Source: Acidobacteriota bacterium (GTDB taxonomy: Bacteria > Acidobacteriota > UBA6911 > RPQK01 > CBDBID01). From it: a stretch of DNA of 64,000 nucleotides. Under the pieces are notes generated by a model. That model was not told the origin of the DNA. It did not search any database and saw only the letters and a list, made by a program, of their open reading frames with translations. Numbering within the stretch: the stretch's first letter is position 1; every line of letters begins with the position of its first letter. Where the stretch lies: NCBI GenBank assembly GCA_965205565.1, contig CBDBID010000043.1, forward strand, positions 135,997 through 199,996, in the 5' to 3' direction. Positions 39,606 to 50,427 of the stretch are shown piece by piece. Both the position numbers and the translations under genes were made by a program.

Positions 39606-41570
39606 ATGCACCCAATCAACCGAAGCAGGCCGGGCCGGCGGCTAGGCGCCCTCATTGCGGGGGCGACCCTCAGCTTGCTGTCGGTTGGCGGCGGGTTGTG
39701 GGGAGCCCCCCTTCAAGCAGCCCCGGAACCCCGTCTGATTTCGGTCTTTCCCCTGGCCGCCTCTGCCGGCACCCGAGTTGAGGCCGTGCTTCGAGGAATC
39801 GATCTGCAAACCGCCGTCTCTGTCTGGTTCGGATCCGATGGTCTGGCAGCTTCGATCCGCGGGGTCGAGGATCTACCGCGCCCGCTTGCGATGCCGGAAG
39901 CTGCCCCTCCCGAGGGGAGCAGGGCCACCCATAAGATCCTGGTCCAGTTCGAGATCACCTCCTCGGTCGCCCCCGGAACTTATCAGCTTCGTGTCGTGAC
40001 AGCGGGAGGGCTTTCCAACGCTCTGAGCTTTCACGTTCACCGCGATCGTGTGACCCGCGAGATCGCTCGATCCCACTCCAGACCAGCGAGCGCCCAAACC
40101 GTCCAGTGGCCGGTGGCCGTGCAGGGAACGGTGGGCAGTCCCGGGGAGCGAGATTATTACGCCTTTCAAGTGCAGGGGGGGCAGAAACTGAGTTTCGAGC
40201 TGATCACCAGTCTCGAAGCCGTCAGCAACAACAAGAGGTTCCGGCCCCAGTTGTCTCTCTACGAGGCGGCTGGCAGCTGGTTTGATCCGGAGCGGGCCAG
40301 CCGGCTTGCCTTTGACGATTCGGCGATGTTTGATTCCGTGCGCGCAAGCCCTTTCCAGCCGGTTCCCGTTTCCCGGCTTTCCCATCGATTCGATCGAGCA
40401 GGCCGCTATCTGATCGAGGTTGCTTCGGTCTTCGGCACCGGCGAAGCCGATTTTGTGTACCAGTTGCGGCTGTGGCCCGAGGAGGGCCCCTCGCAACCAA
40501 CGTCCTCCGGCCTCAGGGTTTACAAGCAAGTTCCCCTGCCAAACCGGAACTCAGGTTGGGAGGAGCGTTCCTTCACCCGGCGGCTCGAGGCGGATCGGTT
40601 GTGGAGCCTGCGGTTGCGCACGGTGGCCACCGACTTGAGCGTCGGACCGGACCCGCCGGGGGCTCGGCCGACCAGCGGAAATCTCGGCGCCAGAGTTCCG
40701 GACGACGAGGATCCCGAGTGGCTGGCTGCCACCGAGTTTTCCATCCTGGCGGAGGCTGAACCCAATGACGGCCCCGGCCAGGCGCCGAGCGTCCCGCTTC
40801 CGGCTCTCCTGGAAGGAACTATTGACGAACCGGGTGACGTGGACAAGTTTTCTTTCCAGGTGGCGGCGGGCGGGAAGATCGCGTTCGAGATCGAGACCCC
40901 GGAAGCGGCCCCCCTCCGCTTCAATCCGCGTTTGGAAGTCCTCGACGGCAGGGGCCGGGTAACCTTGACCAACCTGCACAAGCAGGTGCTCCTGAAGGAT
41001 TCGACCGAATCGATCAAGGCCCTTGAGCCCAAGATAATCCACACTTTCGAAAAAGGGGGACGCTACTCGCTCCGGATGCGCGACGTCACCTTTCGCCATG
41101 GAGGGCCGGATTTCCGTTATCGAGTACTGGTGCGACCCCAGATCCCCCACATGGGAGCGGTCATTCTGCGGGCCGATTACCTCAATCTCGTTCGGGGCGG
41201 CTCCAAAAAATTGGTGGTTTCGGCTGAGCACGAGGAAGGTTTTCAGGGCGATGTGGCCATTGCCGTGGAGGGGCTTCCCGAGGGAGTGCGCACGTTGCCT
41301 ACGGGCACCGAGGTGGAAAAATCGGCCGCTGCCCGATCGGAAAGTCCCCGTGGCGCCAGTTATCTGCCCAGCAGGCGGGAGACAGCCCTTCTTTTCTTCG
41401 CCTCAGAGAGCGTTCCCGTGACGAATCAACCGTTTTGGATTCATGTCTCGGCCCAGCCTGTCGTTTCGGGAAAAGCGGGCTTGTTGCTGCCCATCGGAAA
41501 AATCCTGCTGATGATCGTCGAAGGCAGGGAAGCGCCGGAAACCACGCCGCCAACGACCAACCCGAAGTGA
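39606..41570 (+). CDS. Secreted protein with tandem PPC-like beta-sandwich domains. It is the first gene of the intact triad.
   Basis: Signal peptide RRLGALIAGATLSLLSVGG. ERDYYAFQVQGGQKLSFELIT and PGDVDKFSFQVAAGGKIAFEIETPE repeats. Paralog of 3417..5384. Confidence 0.65.
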   Translation: MHPINRSRPGRRLGALIAGATLSLLSVGGGLWGAPLQAAPEPRLISVFPLAASAGTRVEAVLRGIDLQTAVSVWFGSDGLAASIRGVEDLPRPLAMPEAAPPEGSRATHKILVQFEITSSVAPGTYQLRVVTAGGLSNALSFHVHRDRVTREIARSHSRPASAQTVQWPVAVQGTVGSPGERDYYAFQVQGGQKLSFELITSLEAVSNNKRFRPQLSLYEAAGSWFDPERASRLAFDDSAMFDSVRASPFQPVPVSRLSHRFDRAGRYLIEVASVFGTGEADFVYQLRLWPEEGPSQPTSSGLRVYKQVPLPNRNSGWEERSFTRRLEADRLWSLRLRTVATDLSVGPDPPGARPTSGNLGARVPDDEDPEWLAATEFSILAEAEPNDGPGQAPSVPLPALLEGTIDEPGDVDKFSFQVAAGGKIAFEIETPEAAPLRFNPRLEVLDGRGRVTLTNLHKQVLLKDSTESIKALEPKIIHTFEKGGRYSLRMRDVTFRHGGPDFRYRVLVRPQIPHMGAVILRADYLNLVRGGSKKLVVSAEHEEGFQGDVAIAVEGLPEGVRTLPTGTEVEKSAAARSESPRGASYLPSRRETALLFFASESVPVTNQPFWIHVSAQPVVSGKAGLLLPIGKILLMIVEGREAPETTPPTTNPK

Positions 41571-41586
41571 AGGGGAAGAGAAGACC

Positions 41587-44088
41587 ATGTTTTGGTTGCT
41601 GACTGCACTGGCCTTGAGTGGCTTGCCTGTCGAATCCGATCCACGACTCCTCTCGCTGCGGGTTGTGCCCGAGGAGGTCGTGCTTCAGGGAGCGGAGGCG
41701 GAACAGCAGTTCGTGGTGCTAGGCCAATACTCCGATGCACTCGAACGCGACCTGACTCGCCTGAGCGTCTGGACCCTCTCCAGCCCGGACCTGGTCGCGA
41801 TCAGTCCTTCCGGCCGGCTGGTGGCTTTGGCCGAGGGCGAACTTATTGTCGAGGCCGGGGTGGAAGGTCGGCGAGCCGGCAGTCGCGTGCGGATCTCCGC
41901 GATCGAGCAAAGGCTCCCTTTCCGTTTTGGGCGCGACATCGGGACCATCCTTACGCGCCAGGGATGTAACGACAGCACCTGCCACGGCAGCGTTAAGGGA
42001 AGAGGTGGATTCAAGCTCTCCGCGAACTCCCTCTACCCCCAAAACGACTACCAATGGATCATGAAAGGAGGAACCTACCAGGTTTTGAAAGCAGAGGCCA
42101 AACCGCCTGAGATTCCCAGGGTCGACCTCAAGAAGCCGGCTCAGAGCCTGCTGCTACTCAAGCCCACCATGCAACTCGACCACGGAGGCGGACTGCGCTT
42201 TGAGCGCGAGTCCCGAGACTACCTTGCCATTTTAGACTGGATCAGCCAGGGCGCGCCTTTTCAGGAGGAGGGCGGGTCGAACGTCGAGGTGGAAAGGTTA
42301 GAAGTCTTTCCAGAATTGACTGCGCTGGAGCCGGCAGGAAGTCAGCAGCTGATCGTGACCGCTTACCGGTCCGATGGCAGCCGCCAAGATTACACTCACC
42401 GGGTTCACTACGAGAGCAGCAACCCCAGGATCCTCCCCGTCAGTTCCGAGGGACTGGTCACGGCGATGGCCAAGGGTGAAACCACTGTGATCATTCGGGC
42501 CCCGCGCCAGGTGACAAGCGCCCGCTTGGCCGTCATCGGTAAGCCGATCCCCGATTACCCGACCTTCGCCGGCCGCAATTTCATCGACGATCTGGTTTTC
42601 GCGAAACTGCGCCGCCTCCACATCCGACCCTCCGAGAGGTCGACCGATGAGGAGTTCCTGCGGCGCATTTGCCTGGATCTAACCGGTACCCTGCCCCCTC
42701 CCCGGAGGGTGCGTGAGTTCCTGGCCAGCCGGGACCCGAGAAAACGGGACCGGCTGATCGAGACCCTTCTCGAATCCCCTGAATACGTTGACTTCTGGAC
42801 GTTTCGGTTCTCCGACCTGTTCCGGGTCAACTACAACGCCCGGCAGGATCTCAAGTCGACCCACCTCTACCAGGAATGGATCAGGGAGAGCATTGCGGCC
42901 AACAAACCGTACGATCAGATGGCGCGGGAGCGGGTTGCCGCGCAGGGCAACGCCCCAGCCACGCAAAACTATTACAATCTCGGCTTCCGAACGCCCGAGC
43001 AGATCGCGCCCGAACAGGCACGGGTCTTTCTGGGCATTCGTCTCGACTGCGCCCAATGCCACGACCATCCCTACGAGCCCTGGAGCCAGGACCACTTCTG
43101 GGAAATGACCGCCTTCTTTTCGCGTCTCAACCTGGTGGCGAACACCAACCTTGGCTCCGCCCTGGTGATTGACGACCCCGGCTTGGGAGAGCGCCGCGGC
43201 GGGACCGTCCACCTGCGCACGGGTGAAGAGGTCAAGCCTCGCTTCCTGGACGGGACGGCGCTGGCCGAAAGCGAGTTGTCCGATCCGCGTCTGGCCTTGG
43301 CCGAATGGATGACTTCACCCCGGAACCCGTTTTTCGCCAAAGCTATCGTCAATCGCATGTGGAGCTATTTCCTGGGCAGAGGGATCGTCGATCCGGTCGA
43401 CGATTTTCGCACCACGGCGCCACCCACCCATCCCCAACTTCTGGAAGAACTGGCTCGCGATTTTCAAAGTCATGGTTACGATCTCAAACATCTGATGTCG
43501 CAAATCGTCCAGTCCGACACGTATCAGCTGAGCGGGAAGGCCAATGCCACCAACCGAGCTGATGCAGTTAATTACTCTCGAGCCCGGCCTCGCGCCTTGG
43601 ACGCCGAGGTGCAGCTCGACGCCATCTCTCAAGTGACCGGGGTGGAGGAGCAGTTTTCGGGGATCGGCCATCCCTTGGCGCCGCGCGGCGTGAGGGCACA
43701 AGCGTTGGTCGGGACGCGAGCCATCGAACTGGTGCCCGAGCTTTTCGCCTCTCGATTTCTCGACATGCATGGGCGGCACAGCCGAGCCACGATTCAAAAC
43801 CGCCAAAACAAAGCCCAGCTGGAGCAGGCCCTGCACATGGTCGCGGGGCCAACCTACACGGAGAAACTTTCGCAGCCCGGAGGGCGGATCTCCCGCCTCC
43901 TGGAAAGCGGCGATTCCGACGGGAAGATTATCAAGGAGTTTTATCTGGCCGCGCTCGCGCGTTATCCGACTGACAGGGAGCGGACTGCTCTTAAAGAAAT
44001 GATCTCCTCGGCGCCGGTCCGTCTCAAGGCCGTCGAAGACTTCGTCTGGGCGCTTGTCAGTTCAAGAGAGTTCGTTTATAACCACTGA
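41587..44088 (+). CDS. PSCyt2/DUF1549/DUF1553 protein, intact (833 aa)
   Basis: GCNDSTCHGSVKGRGGFKLS, LPPPRRVREFL, CAQCHDHPYEPWSQDHFW. 17-bp gap to the preceding gene and 17-bp gap to the following gene. Confidence 0.85.
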   Translation: MFWLLTALALSGLPVESDPRLLSLRVVPEEVVLQGAEAEQQFVVLGQYSDALERDLTRLSVWTLSSPDLVAISPSGRLVALAEGELIVEAGVEGRRAGSRVRISAIEQRLPFRFGRDIGTILTRQGCNDSTCHGSVKGRGGFKLSANSLYPQNDYQWIMKGGTYQVLKAEAKPPEIPRVDLKKPAQSLLLLKPTMQLDHGGGLRFERESRDYLAILDWISQGAPFQEEGGSNVEVERLEVFPELTALEPAGSQQLIVTAYRSDGSRQDYTHRVHYESSNPRILPVSSEGLVTAMAKGETTVIIRAPRQVTSARLAVIGKPIPDYPTFAGRNFIDDLVFAKLRRLHIRPSERSTDEEFLRRICLDLTGTLPPPRRVREFLASRDPRKRDRLIETLLESPEYVDFWTFRFSDLFRVNYNARQDLKSTHLYQEWIRESIAANKPYDQMARERVAAQGNAPATQNYYNLGFRTPEQIAPEQARVFLGIRLDCAQCHDHPYEPWSQDHFWEMTAFFSRLNLVANTNLGSALVIDDPGLGERRGGTVHLRTGEEVKPRFLDGTALAESELSDPRLALAEWMTSPRNPFFAKAIVNRMWSYFLGRGIVDPVDDFRTTAPPTHPQLLEELARDFQSHGYDLKHLMSQIVQSDTYQLSGKANATNRADAVNYSRARPRALDAEVQLDAISQVTGVEEQFSGIGHPLAPRGVRAQALVGTRAIELVPELFASRFLDMHGRHSRATIQNRQNKAQLEQALHMVAGPTYTEKLSQPGGRISRLLESGDSDGKIIKEFYLAALARYPTDRERTALKEMISSAPVRLKAVEDFVWALVSSREFVYNH

Positions 44089-44105
44089 CTTGACGACCCC
44101 ATGAC

Positions 44106-45512
44106 TTGACTACAGGAAATCTGAAAATGAAGAAGCCTGACTGCTTTCACTGCGCCCGAAATGTTGGACGCCGCGATTTTCTCCGCATCGGGTCGCTCAG
44201 CCTTCTGGGGATAAGCCTGGGACAGCACCTGCATCTAAAAGACGTCCTGGCAGCAGGCCGCACCGGAAAGGGTAAAGCCCAGTCCGTCCTCTTGGTCTGG
44301 CTGGAGGGTGGTCCCAGCCAGGTCGACACCTGGGATCCCAAGCCCAACAGCAGCTTTAGGGCGATCTCCACCAACGTGGATGGAATCCAGATCTCTGAGT
44401 TGTTTCCCAGAATCGCCGGGCATATGGACAAGCTGGCCATCATCCGCTCCGTCCATACCAAAGAGGAAAACCACCCCCAAGGCACCTATGAGAGCATGAC
44501 CGGACACCGGCCTAGCGCGTCTAGGGCCTTTCCCAGCCTGGGTTCGATCATCGCCAAGGAAAAAGGGCCCCGCAATCAGCTACCGGCCTACGTGATGATC
44601 AACAAGGTGTATGAGGTCGAGCCCTTCTCTTACGACGCCGCCTTCGACTCGGGCTTCATCGGCGCCGAGTACGCTCCGCTGGTCATCCGCGATCCCAGGC
44701 TCTTTGGCAACTCGCAGGCCGACAAGCCGGCGCAAATCGCCAGCCCCGCTCGTTTCAGCCTTCCCGATCTCAGATTGCCCAAGTCGGTCACCGCCGAAAC
44801 GATTGCCAATCGGCGCTCCTTCTTGCAGGTCGTCGACGAACACTACCGCCGCAAAGAGCAGCAAGCGGAGTTCGCGAACATGGATACCTACACCCGGCAA
44901 GCCATGGAAATGATTCTCTCGACCGAAGTCCTGCAGGCCTTCGACCTGTCGGAGGAACCGGAGAAGACGTTCGAAAACTACGGCCGCGACCGTGTGGGCC
45001 AGAGTTTGCTGCTAGCGCGACGGCTGGTGGAACGCGGTTGCCGTTTCGTTACCGCCGCTCCCTACAAGACAGGGCAGTGGGACACCCACGGCAAAAACGA
45101 TGAGATGATGCACGACACGCTGGCCCCGTCGGCCGATCAAGCAATCTCGACCCTTCTGGAGGACCTCTCCCAAAGAGGCTTGCTTGACTCGACTCTGGTG
45201 ATCGTGATGGGAGAGTTCGGGCGCACCCCGAACGTCAACGCCAACTTGGGCCGCGATCATTGGCCCCACTGCTGGTCCCTGATGCTGGCAGGAGGCGGGA
45301 TCCGGGGAGGGCAGGTGGTCGGCGCCAGCGACGAGAGGGGCGCCTACGTGGCCGAGCGGTTGGTCACCGTCGGGGATGTGTTCGCCACCGTCTACAAAAC
45401 CCTGGGCATCGACTGGACCAAGACCTACATGAGTCCCACGGGACGGCCCATCTACATCGCCAACTCCTCCATCGACGACACCGTCGGAGAGCCGATCTCG
45501 GAACTGGTCTAG
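44106..45512 (+). CDS. DUF1501 family protein (TAT-signal, sulfatase-like fold), intact
   Basis: RRDFLRIGSLSLLG twin-arginine motif. VWLEGGPSQVDTWDPKP. C-terminal GRDHWP block. Confidence 0.85.
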   Translation: MTTGNLKMKKPDCFHCARNVGRRDFLRIGSLSLLGISLGQHLHLKDVLAAGRTGKGKAQSVLLVWLEGGPSQVDTWDPKPNSSFRAISTNVDGIQISELFPRIAGHMDKLAIIRSVHTKEENHPQGTYESMTGHRPSASRAFPSLGSIIAKEKGPRNQLPAYVMINKVYEVEPFSYDAAFDSGFIGAEYAPLVIRDPRLFGNSQADKPAQIASPARFSLPDLRLPKSVTAETIANRRSFLQVVDEHYRRKEQQAEFANMDTYTRQAMEMILSTEVLQAFDLSEEPEKTFENYGRDRVGQSLLLARRLVERGCRFVTAAPYKTGQWDTHGKNDEMMHDTLAPSADQAISTLLEDLSQRGLLDSTLVIVMGEFGRTPNVNANLGRDHWPHCWSLMLAGGGIRGGQVVGASDERGAYVAERLVTVGDVFATVYKTLGIDWTKTYMSPTGRPIYIANSSIDDTVGEPISELV

Positions 45513-46081
45513 CCTAGGCGCCTGTTGGGCTGCACCTTCCCAATCTCCAAACTGCGATATAGTCAGCTGCCTAGGTTGGACTCATCCTTGTCCGACTGTC
45601 CTTCGGCACGAAAAAATGGGAGAAGTGATTTTTCTCTTCTGTTGGCGACTTGAACGGCTCCTGCGGGTCACCTTCAAAGCTCCGTTGTTGAGAAGTCTTC
45701 GAACACAATAAAGCTACAGGGTGAGCTAGGCGAAGGCACCTTCTCAGGATCCAAACCGTTGTTCTGTGCCGTAAAGTTCTCCCATGCTGGTGGCAACGCT
45801 CGGAAAGTGACCCAGGGCAACGTTTAGTTTTTGACCCACCCCGGGTGAGTTAGAGTTTAAGAAAGAGAGGGTATTTTAGCTACTCCTTTCAGGAAGATTT
45901 AGACGGGCCGGTACGCAGTGAGGGCATAGCCCGAACGGAGTGCCGGCCCGTCGGCGGCCCGTGGAGGGCCCCCTGCCCACGGCCAGATGGACCTCCAGGA
46001 CATCGCCTGGGGGCCCTGAAGTGTGTTTTGCCCGAGGTTGCTGGGGAGCATACAGCTCTTGGAGGACGCCTACGACAAGGG

Positions 46082-47756
46082 TCATTTCTTTGCCTTGCCT
46101 CGTTTGCGAGTGCGGTAAGAGACCCCCTGGGTGGTGAGGATGTGGGCGTGGTGGCCGAGCCGGTCCAGCAGGGCGGTCGTCATCTTCTCGTCGCCGAAGA
46201 CCCGCACCCACTCGCTGAAATCCAGGTTGGTAGTCACCATCGTGGAGCCTCTCTCGTAGCGGTCGCTAAAGAGATTGAACAGCAGTTCTCCACCGGCTCG
46301 ATCGAAGGGGACGAAGCCCAGTTCGTCACGGATGAGAAGATCCACTTTCTGGATGCGTCCATACAGCCGGCCCAGCAGCCGCTTGTCTCGAGCTTCCAAG
46401 AGGATGCGCACCAGATCGGCGGCGCGGTAAAAAGCCACTCGGTGGCGCCGCTTGGCTGCCTCCAGTCCCAGAGCGATACCCAGATGGGTCTTGCCCGTTC
46501 CGATGGGTCCGGCCAAGAGCACATCCTCGGCTCGCTGTAGGTACTCGCAACCGGCCAGCTCCAGGATCTTGGGGGCGGGAGAGACCTTGGAGAGCTTGCC
46601 AGTCGATCTGCTCCAGAGTCTTCAGATCGGGAAAGCGAGCCTCGCGCACTCGCCGCTGGGAGGTGCGCTGGTGCCGGGACTGGACTTCGGCTTCCAGCAG
46701 ATCACGTAGGAAGTCCTCATAGTCGCAGCCTTCTTGACGGGCCTGGCGAGCCAGGGAGGGGTACTCTCGAGCCACGGCCGGCAACTTCAGGGTCTTGGTG
46801 TACTGGGCCAGTAGGGCTTCTCGGACGGCTTCACTCATCGTACACCTCCCTGCAGCATCCAGTCATAGTCGGCCGCCGAAGCCGCCTAGATCGGATAGCC
46901 GCGCAGTTTCTCCGGTACTACGACTCGGGCCCGTCGGCGGGGATACAGACGCTCACTGAGGCGAACCGGGTCGCAGTGGACGGCTTCCAGGGCCTCCCGG
47001 TCCGGTTCTTCGCCCAGCCGAACGATGGCCGAGATCACCCCCGCCAAGACGCGGGCTCCTTTGCGGGCGCCGTGGGTTTCGGAGAGCAGCTGCCAGAGCT
47101 GCCCGTAGGGCGCTCCCAGTTTGGCCACCAGCTCGGGGGGCCACCTGGCGCACCGCCTGCGGCTTCTTGGCCAGTTCGGGCAGATAGTGCCGGTAGTGCA
47201 CCTGCCGCCTCTCTGCCAACTTTTTGGGTACCACTTGGGTCTGGCCTCGGCACACCAGCCGGATGTTTGCCACTCCCACCCAGGCTTCTACCTGCAGTTG
47301 TTGTCACTGGCTGGGTACCGAGTAGTCGACTCCTTCGATCCGCACCAGGCATTTGCGATTGACCGTAACCAAGTCCAGTCGACGGGCCTCAAAGGGCACC
47401 CCGGAAAGGGGCCGCAGCTGCTTCTTCTCCCGGGCCAAACGCTCGGCTGTGCTGCGGCCCTGCCGGTCGCGACGCTGGGAGCTCGATTGCTTGACCTGCT
47501 CCAGCAATCTGTGGCTGATTACCTCCAGCGTCTGGCCCTGAGGAATGGGCGTCAGATGCTCCAGTCGAAGCCCCTTGCCGCGGGCTTCCACACCTCCCTT
47601 GTCATGCCCTTCACCGGGCCGAGCGAAGCAGGGCTCAAACAGATAGTGGCTCGAAAGCGCCCGGAATCGATCCGTCAGCTGCCGCTCGGCACCCACTCGC
47701 CGCCGCACCGCCGCCCAGAAATTCCGGTTCCGATGACCCGTTCGCTCTACTGACAT
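46082..47756 (-). mobile_element. IS21-family remnant. It holds a 5'-truncated istA (C-terminal half only, 47304..47756 plus decayed pieces) and an istB split by an extra base in the 46571-46575 GGGGG run (plus strand).
   Basis: IstB Walker A LLAGPIGTGKTHL and C-terminus TTNLDFSEWVRVFGDEKMTTALLDRLGHHAHIL. The IstA tail ends ...RIEGVDYSVP. No istA N-terminus exists between 47757 and the desaturase gene. Confidence 0.65.
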
Positions 47757-47899
47757 CGGAACTTCCCCGTCGGCTGAGTTTTTTCACCCTACGCGCTTGT
47801 GCCTCGGTCGAACAAAAACCTGCGACAGGGACCACGTCCGTGGACACGAGTGCCTGTGAGGGCTTAAGCTGTGAGGTCCTAGGCTAAAAGGGGAGAGAA

Positions 47900-49018
47900 A
47901 TGGTCACGACAGGAAAGGTGAAGAGGGACGATCTCACATCGCTTCGAATGGAGCTGGGGCAGCGTGGATGGTACAGAAAGGTGACTGGCAGAGTAGTGCT
48001 CGAGTTGGCGTTGCACCTGACCGTAGCCCTGGGTGGAATAGCCGTTTTCATCATTTCAGATTCCATCTTTGTGTGCGGGTGCGCCATGCTGCTTTCCACG
48101 GCTGGTGCCATGGGAGTGGCCACCAACAGCCACACCTCGTCTCACTATGGAACGAGCGATAAGAAATGGGTGAATGAGGTTCTCACTTACTTCGGTTATC
48201 CTGTATTTCATGGACTCTCCGCCAGCTACTGGCGTTACATGCACGTGATTCGCCATCATCCTGCACCCAACGTCATGGGAATGGATATGGATCATGATCT
48301 CGAGCCATGGTTCTGCATAATCGAGAAACAAGTTCAGAAAACGAACGGCCTTCGCCGCTTCTACTACGAGCGCATTCAATCGGTTGCATTCCCGTTCGCA
48401 CTGGCGGTCAATGGTTTCAGCTTTCAAATCGCCGGATGGCGGTACCTGCTTGCCGTTCTCCGAAATCCACCGCAGAGGAAAAAGGCTCACTGGATCGACC
48501 TGGGCGCAATGGTGACCCACTGGGTGATCTGGCTAGGAGCTCCCATGGTTTTCTTTCCAGCCACGGACGTAGTGTTGTTTTCTCTACTTCGCATCGGGTT
48601 GCTGGGTTACGCGATGTTCGTAGTTCTGGCCCCCGGTCACTACCCCGCCGAAGCGGTCTGCCTTGCTAAGGATCACGGAGAGAATGATTTCGTATTGCGG
48701 TTAACCGCGACTACGCTCAACTTTCGGACCGGACTGTTGGGGCGATTCATTTGCTCGGGCTTGGAGTATCAAATCGAGCATCATTTGTTTCCCCGTGTGA
48801 GTCACGTCTATTATCCGAAGATGAGCGGCCTCGTGGAAGACTTCTGCCGGAAGAACGGGTATCCGTACCGCACTCTAAGCTGGGGCCAAGCTGTCTGGAA
48901 GAGCCTAAATGTGTTTCGCACGCCGAAAGTGGTGCAGCCTAGCCTGCAACGGACAGAGGCGGAACGAGCAGTCTTGGGGCGTGGCGATTTTCAGTCCGAT
49001 TCTAACACCCGCACCTAA
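47900..49018 (+). CDS. Membrane fatty-acid desaturase family protein
   Basis: Three His boxes HTSSHY, HVIRHH, QIEHHLFP, plus hydrophobic segments. Confidence 0.75.
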   Translation: MVTTGKVKRDDLTSLRMELGQRGWYRKVTGRVVLELALHLTVALGGIAVFIISDSIFVCGCAMLLSTAGAMGVATNSHTSSHYGTSDKKWVNEVLTYFGYPVFHGLSASYWRYMHVIRHHPAPNVMGMDMDHDLEPWFCIIEKQVQKTNGLRRFYYERIQSVAFPFALAVNGFSFQIAGWRYLLAVLRNPPQRKKAHWIDLGAMVTHWVIWLGAPMVFFPATDVVLFSLLRIGLLGYAMFVVLAPGHYPAEAVCLAKDHGENDFVLRLTATTLNFRTGLLGRFICSGLEYQIEHHLFPRVSHVYYPKMSGLVEDFCRKNGYPYRTLSWGQAVWKSLNVFRTPKVVQPSLQRTEAERAVLGRGDFQSDSNTRT

Positions 49019-49021
49019 CGG

Positions 49022-49100
49022 GGTTGCCGGGACGCAAGCGTCGCAATTTCTGAATTTCGAGGTTGCCGGGACGCAAGCGTCGCAATTTCTGAATTTCGAG
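49022..49100 (+). repeat. Perfect tandem direct repeat, two copies of 39 bp: gttgccgggacgcaagcgtcgcaatttctgaatttcgag
   Basis: Read directly from the sequence. It lies between the desaturase stop and the terminus of the second IS21 remnant. Confidence 0.8.
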
Positions 49101-49276
49101 ACGCACGCGTGCGAGAGTGACCATCTGGGACAAATCTTATGCGGCGCCATTTTTGGTTGCTGTGGCGCCAGCGCAAGATGTTCCCTAGGCCCCAGTCATG
49201 GGCTGGCCAATTTTGTAAATGGCGGCGAAGAACTGAAGTGGGTGGCGGTGTAAAAGTGAAGCACCGTTGGTGCTGA

Positions 49277-49582
49277 TTATCTTGCTTTCTCCATATTCAT
49301 ACAAGTTAGATTGGGTTTCTTGTCCTTGAACCCCTCCCCTCGGGGAGGGACGCGATTCCAGGGTTGTTTCCTGCGTTGATTTCGAGCCCGTTTCTTGGCG
49401 TCCCGAAGTCGGTAGCTTTCACCGTTGGCCTTGATGATGTGGACGCGGTGAGTGATCTGGTCCAGCAGAGCGCCGGTGAGTCGCTCGTTGCCCAGCACTT
49501 CGGTCCAGTGCTCGAAGAGTAAGTTGGTGGTCAGCTCGGACCTACTCAAGGATGCAGACAGTCTCTCCTTCTTTGAGGTCAA
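49277..49582 (-). pseudogene. IS21-family istB 3' fragment. It is a second, diverged IS21 remnant.
   Basis: ...TTNLLFEHWTEVLGNERLTGALLDQITHRVHIIKANGESYRLRDAKKR is homologous to the IstB C-terminus at 46082..46522 but only about 50% identical. Confidence 0.55.
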
Positions 49583-49978
49583 TATGCCTTTGTACTATCA
49601 GCGCGAGGGGTGGGAGGAAACCAAACGTCGATGCATCTGGGGATACGGGCGTCTCTCAGTACGGATGGAGGAAGTCGCAAAACGAATCACCTACGAAGAC
49701 GAGGGGCTGACACGCCTGCTCAAAGAAGCGATCCGGGAAGCGGGTCTGAAAGATTTGATGGAAAAGAAGGCGAGTCAATGAATGGCTGGAGGGGATGCAA
49801 AGGCAATATGTCACCTCTTCGAAGGCGCCCATGTTTTCACTCAGGAGGATCTCAGCAATTTTTCTCCCAATCCCAGGTGGTAAGAAAGCTGCGCTACGAG
49901 CTTCTGAGGAATCTCCTTCCCACCGGCTAGTATCCCTCGGTGGAGGGACAGGACCCGGTTCGAAAGGGCCGAGCAAGG

Positions 49979-50281
49979 TCAGTTGGCGGTGTCCAGTACC
50001 ACCTCGTGGATCTCGAGCTGGCCGTGTCCCTTGAACATTTCCTTGGGTGGGACGCGGCTATGCGCTTCTTTGAAGGCCCCACTCTCCGTCCAAGCGCGAA
50101 AGTCCTGTTCGCTTGCCCAGAAGGTGAGCACAATGAAGCAATCGCTCTTGATGGGCCGGAGCACCAGATTACGAATGAATCCCGGTTGCCCGTCAACGAG
50201 ACCTCTCCGGGTTCGGAATCGATCGAGGAAATCGTCCTCGTAACCTTCTGCGACGGGTACGCGGTTCTGTACTACGATCAT
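49979..50281 (-). CDS. ABM (antibiotic biosynthesis monooxygenase)-domain protein
   Basis: MIVVQNRVPVAEGYEDDFLDRF...FIVLTFWASEQDFRAWTES is ABM ferredoxin-like fold signature spacing. Confidence 0.5.
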   Translation of the reverse strand: MIVVQNRVPVAEGYEDDFLDRFRTRRGLVDGQPGFIRNLVLRPIKSDCFIVLTFWASEQDFRAWTESGAFKEAHSRVPPKEMFKGHGQLEIHEVVLDTAN

Positions 50282-50427
50282 TACTTGGCTCCTTTCCTGG
50301 TACCGAGACGAAACCATTCTAAACCCGTGCACATACCCTCGCGGGTTGTCACTGCACTCCAGGCATGACGAGAGGTAGTCAAAGGGTCGGCGGTCCTGCG
50401 GAGGGAAAAGGGCCCGGAGTAAGGTCA

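Noticed and set aside
49022-49100. Possible CRISPR repeats (a 39-bp unit with an internal palindrome)
   Set aside because: There are only two copies, and they are directly adjacent with no spacer. No cas genes are nearby. It is a tandem duplication or IS terminal repeats.
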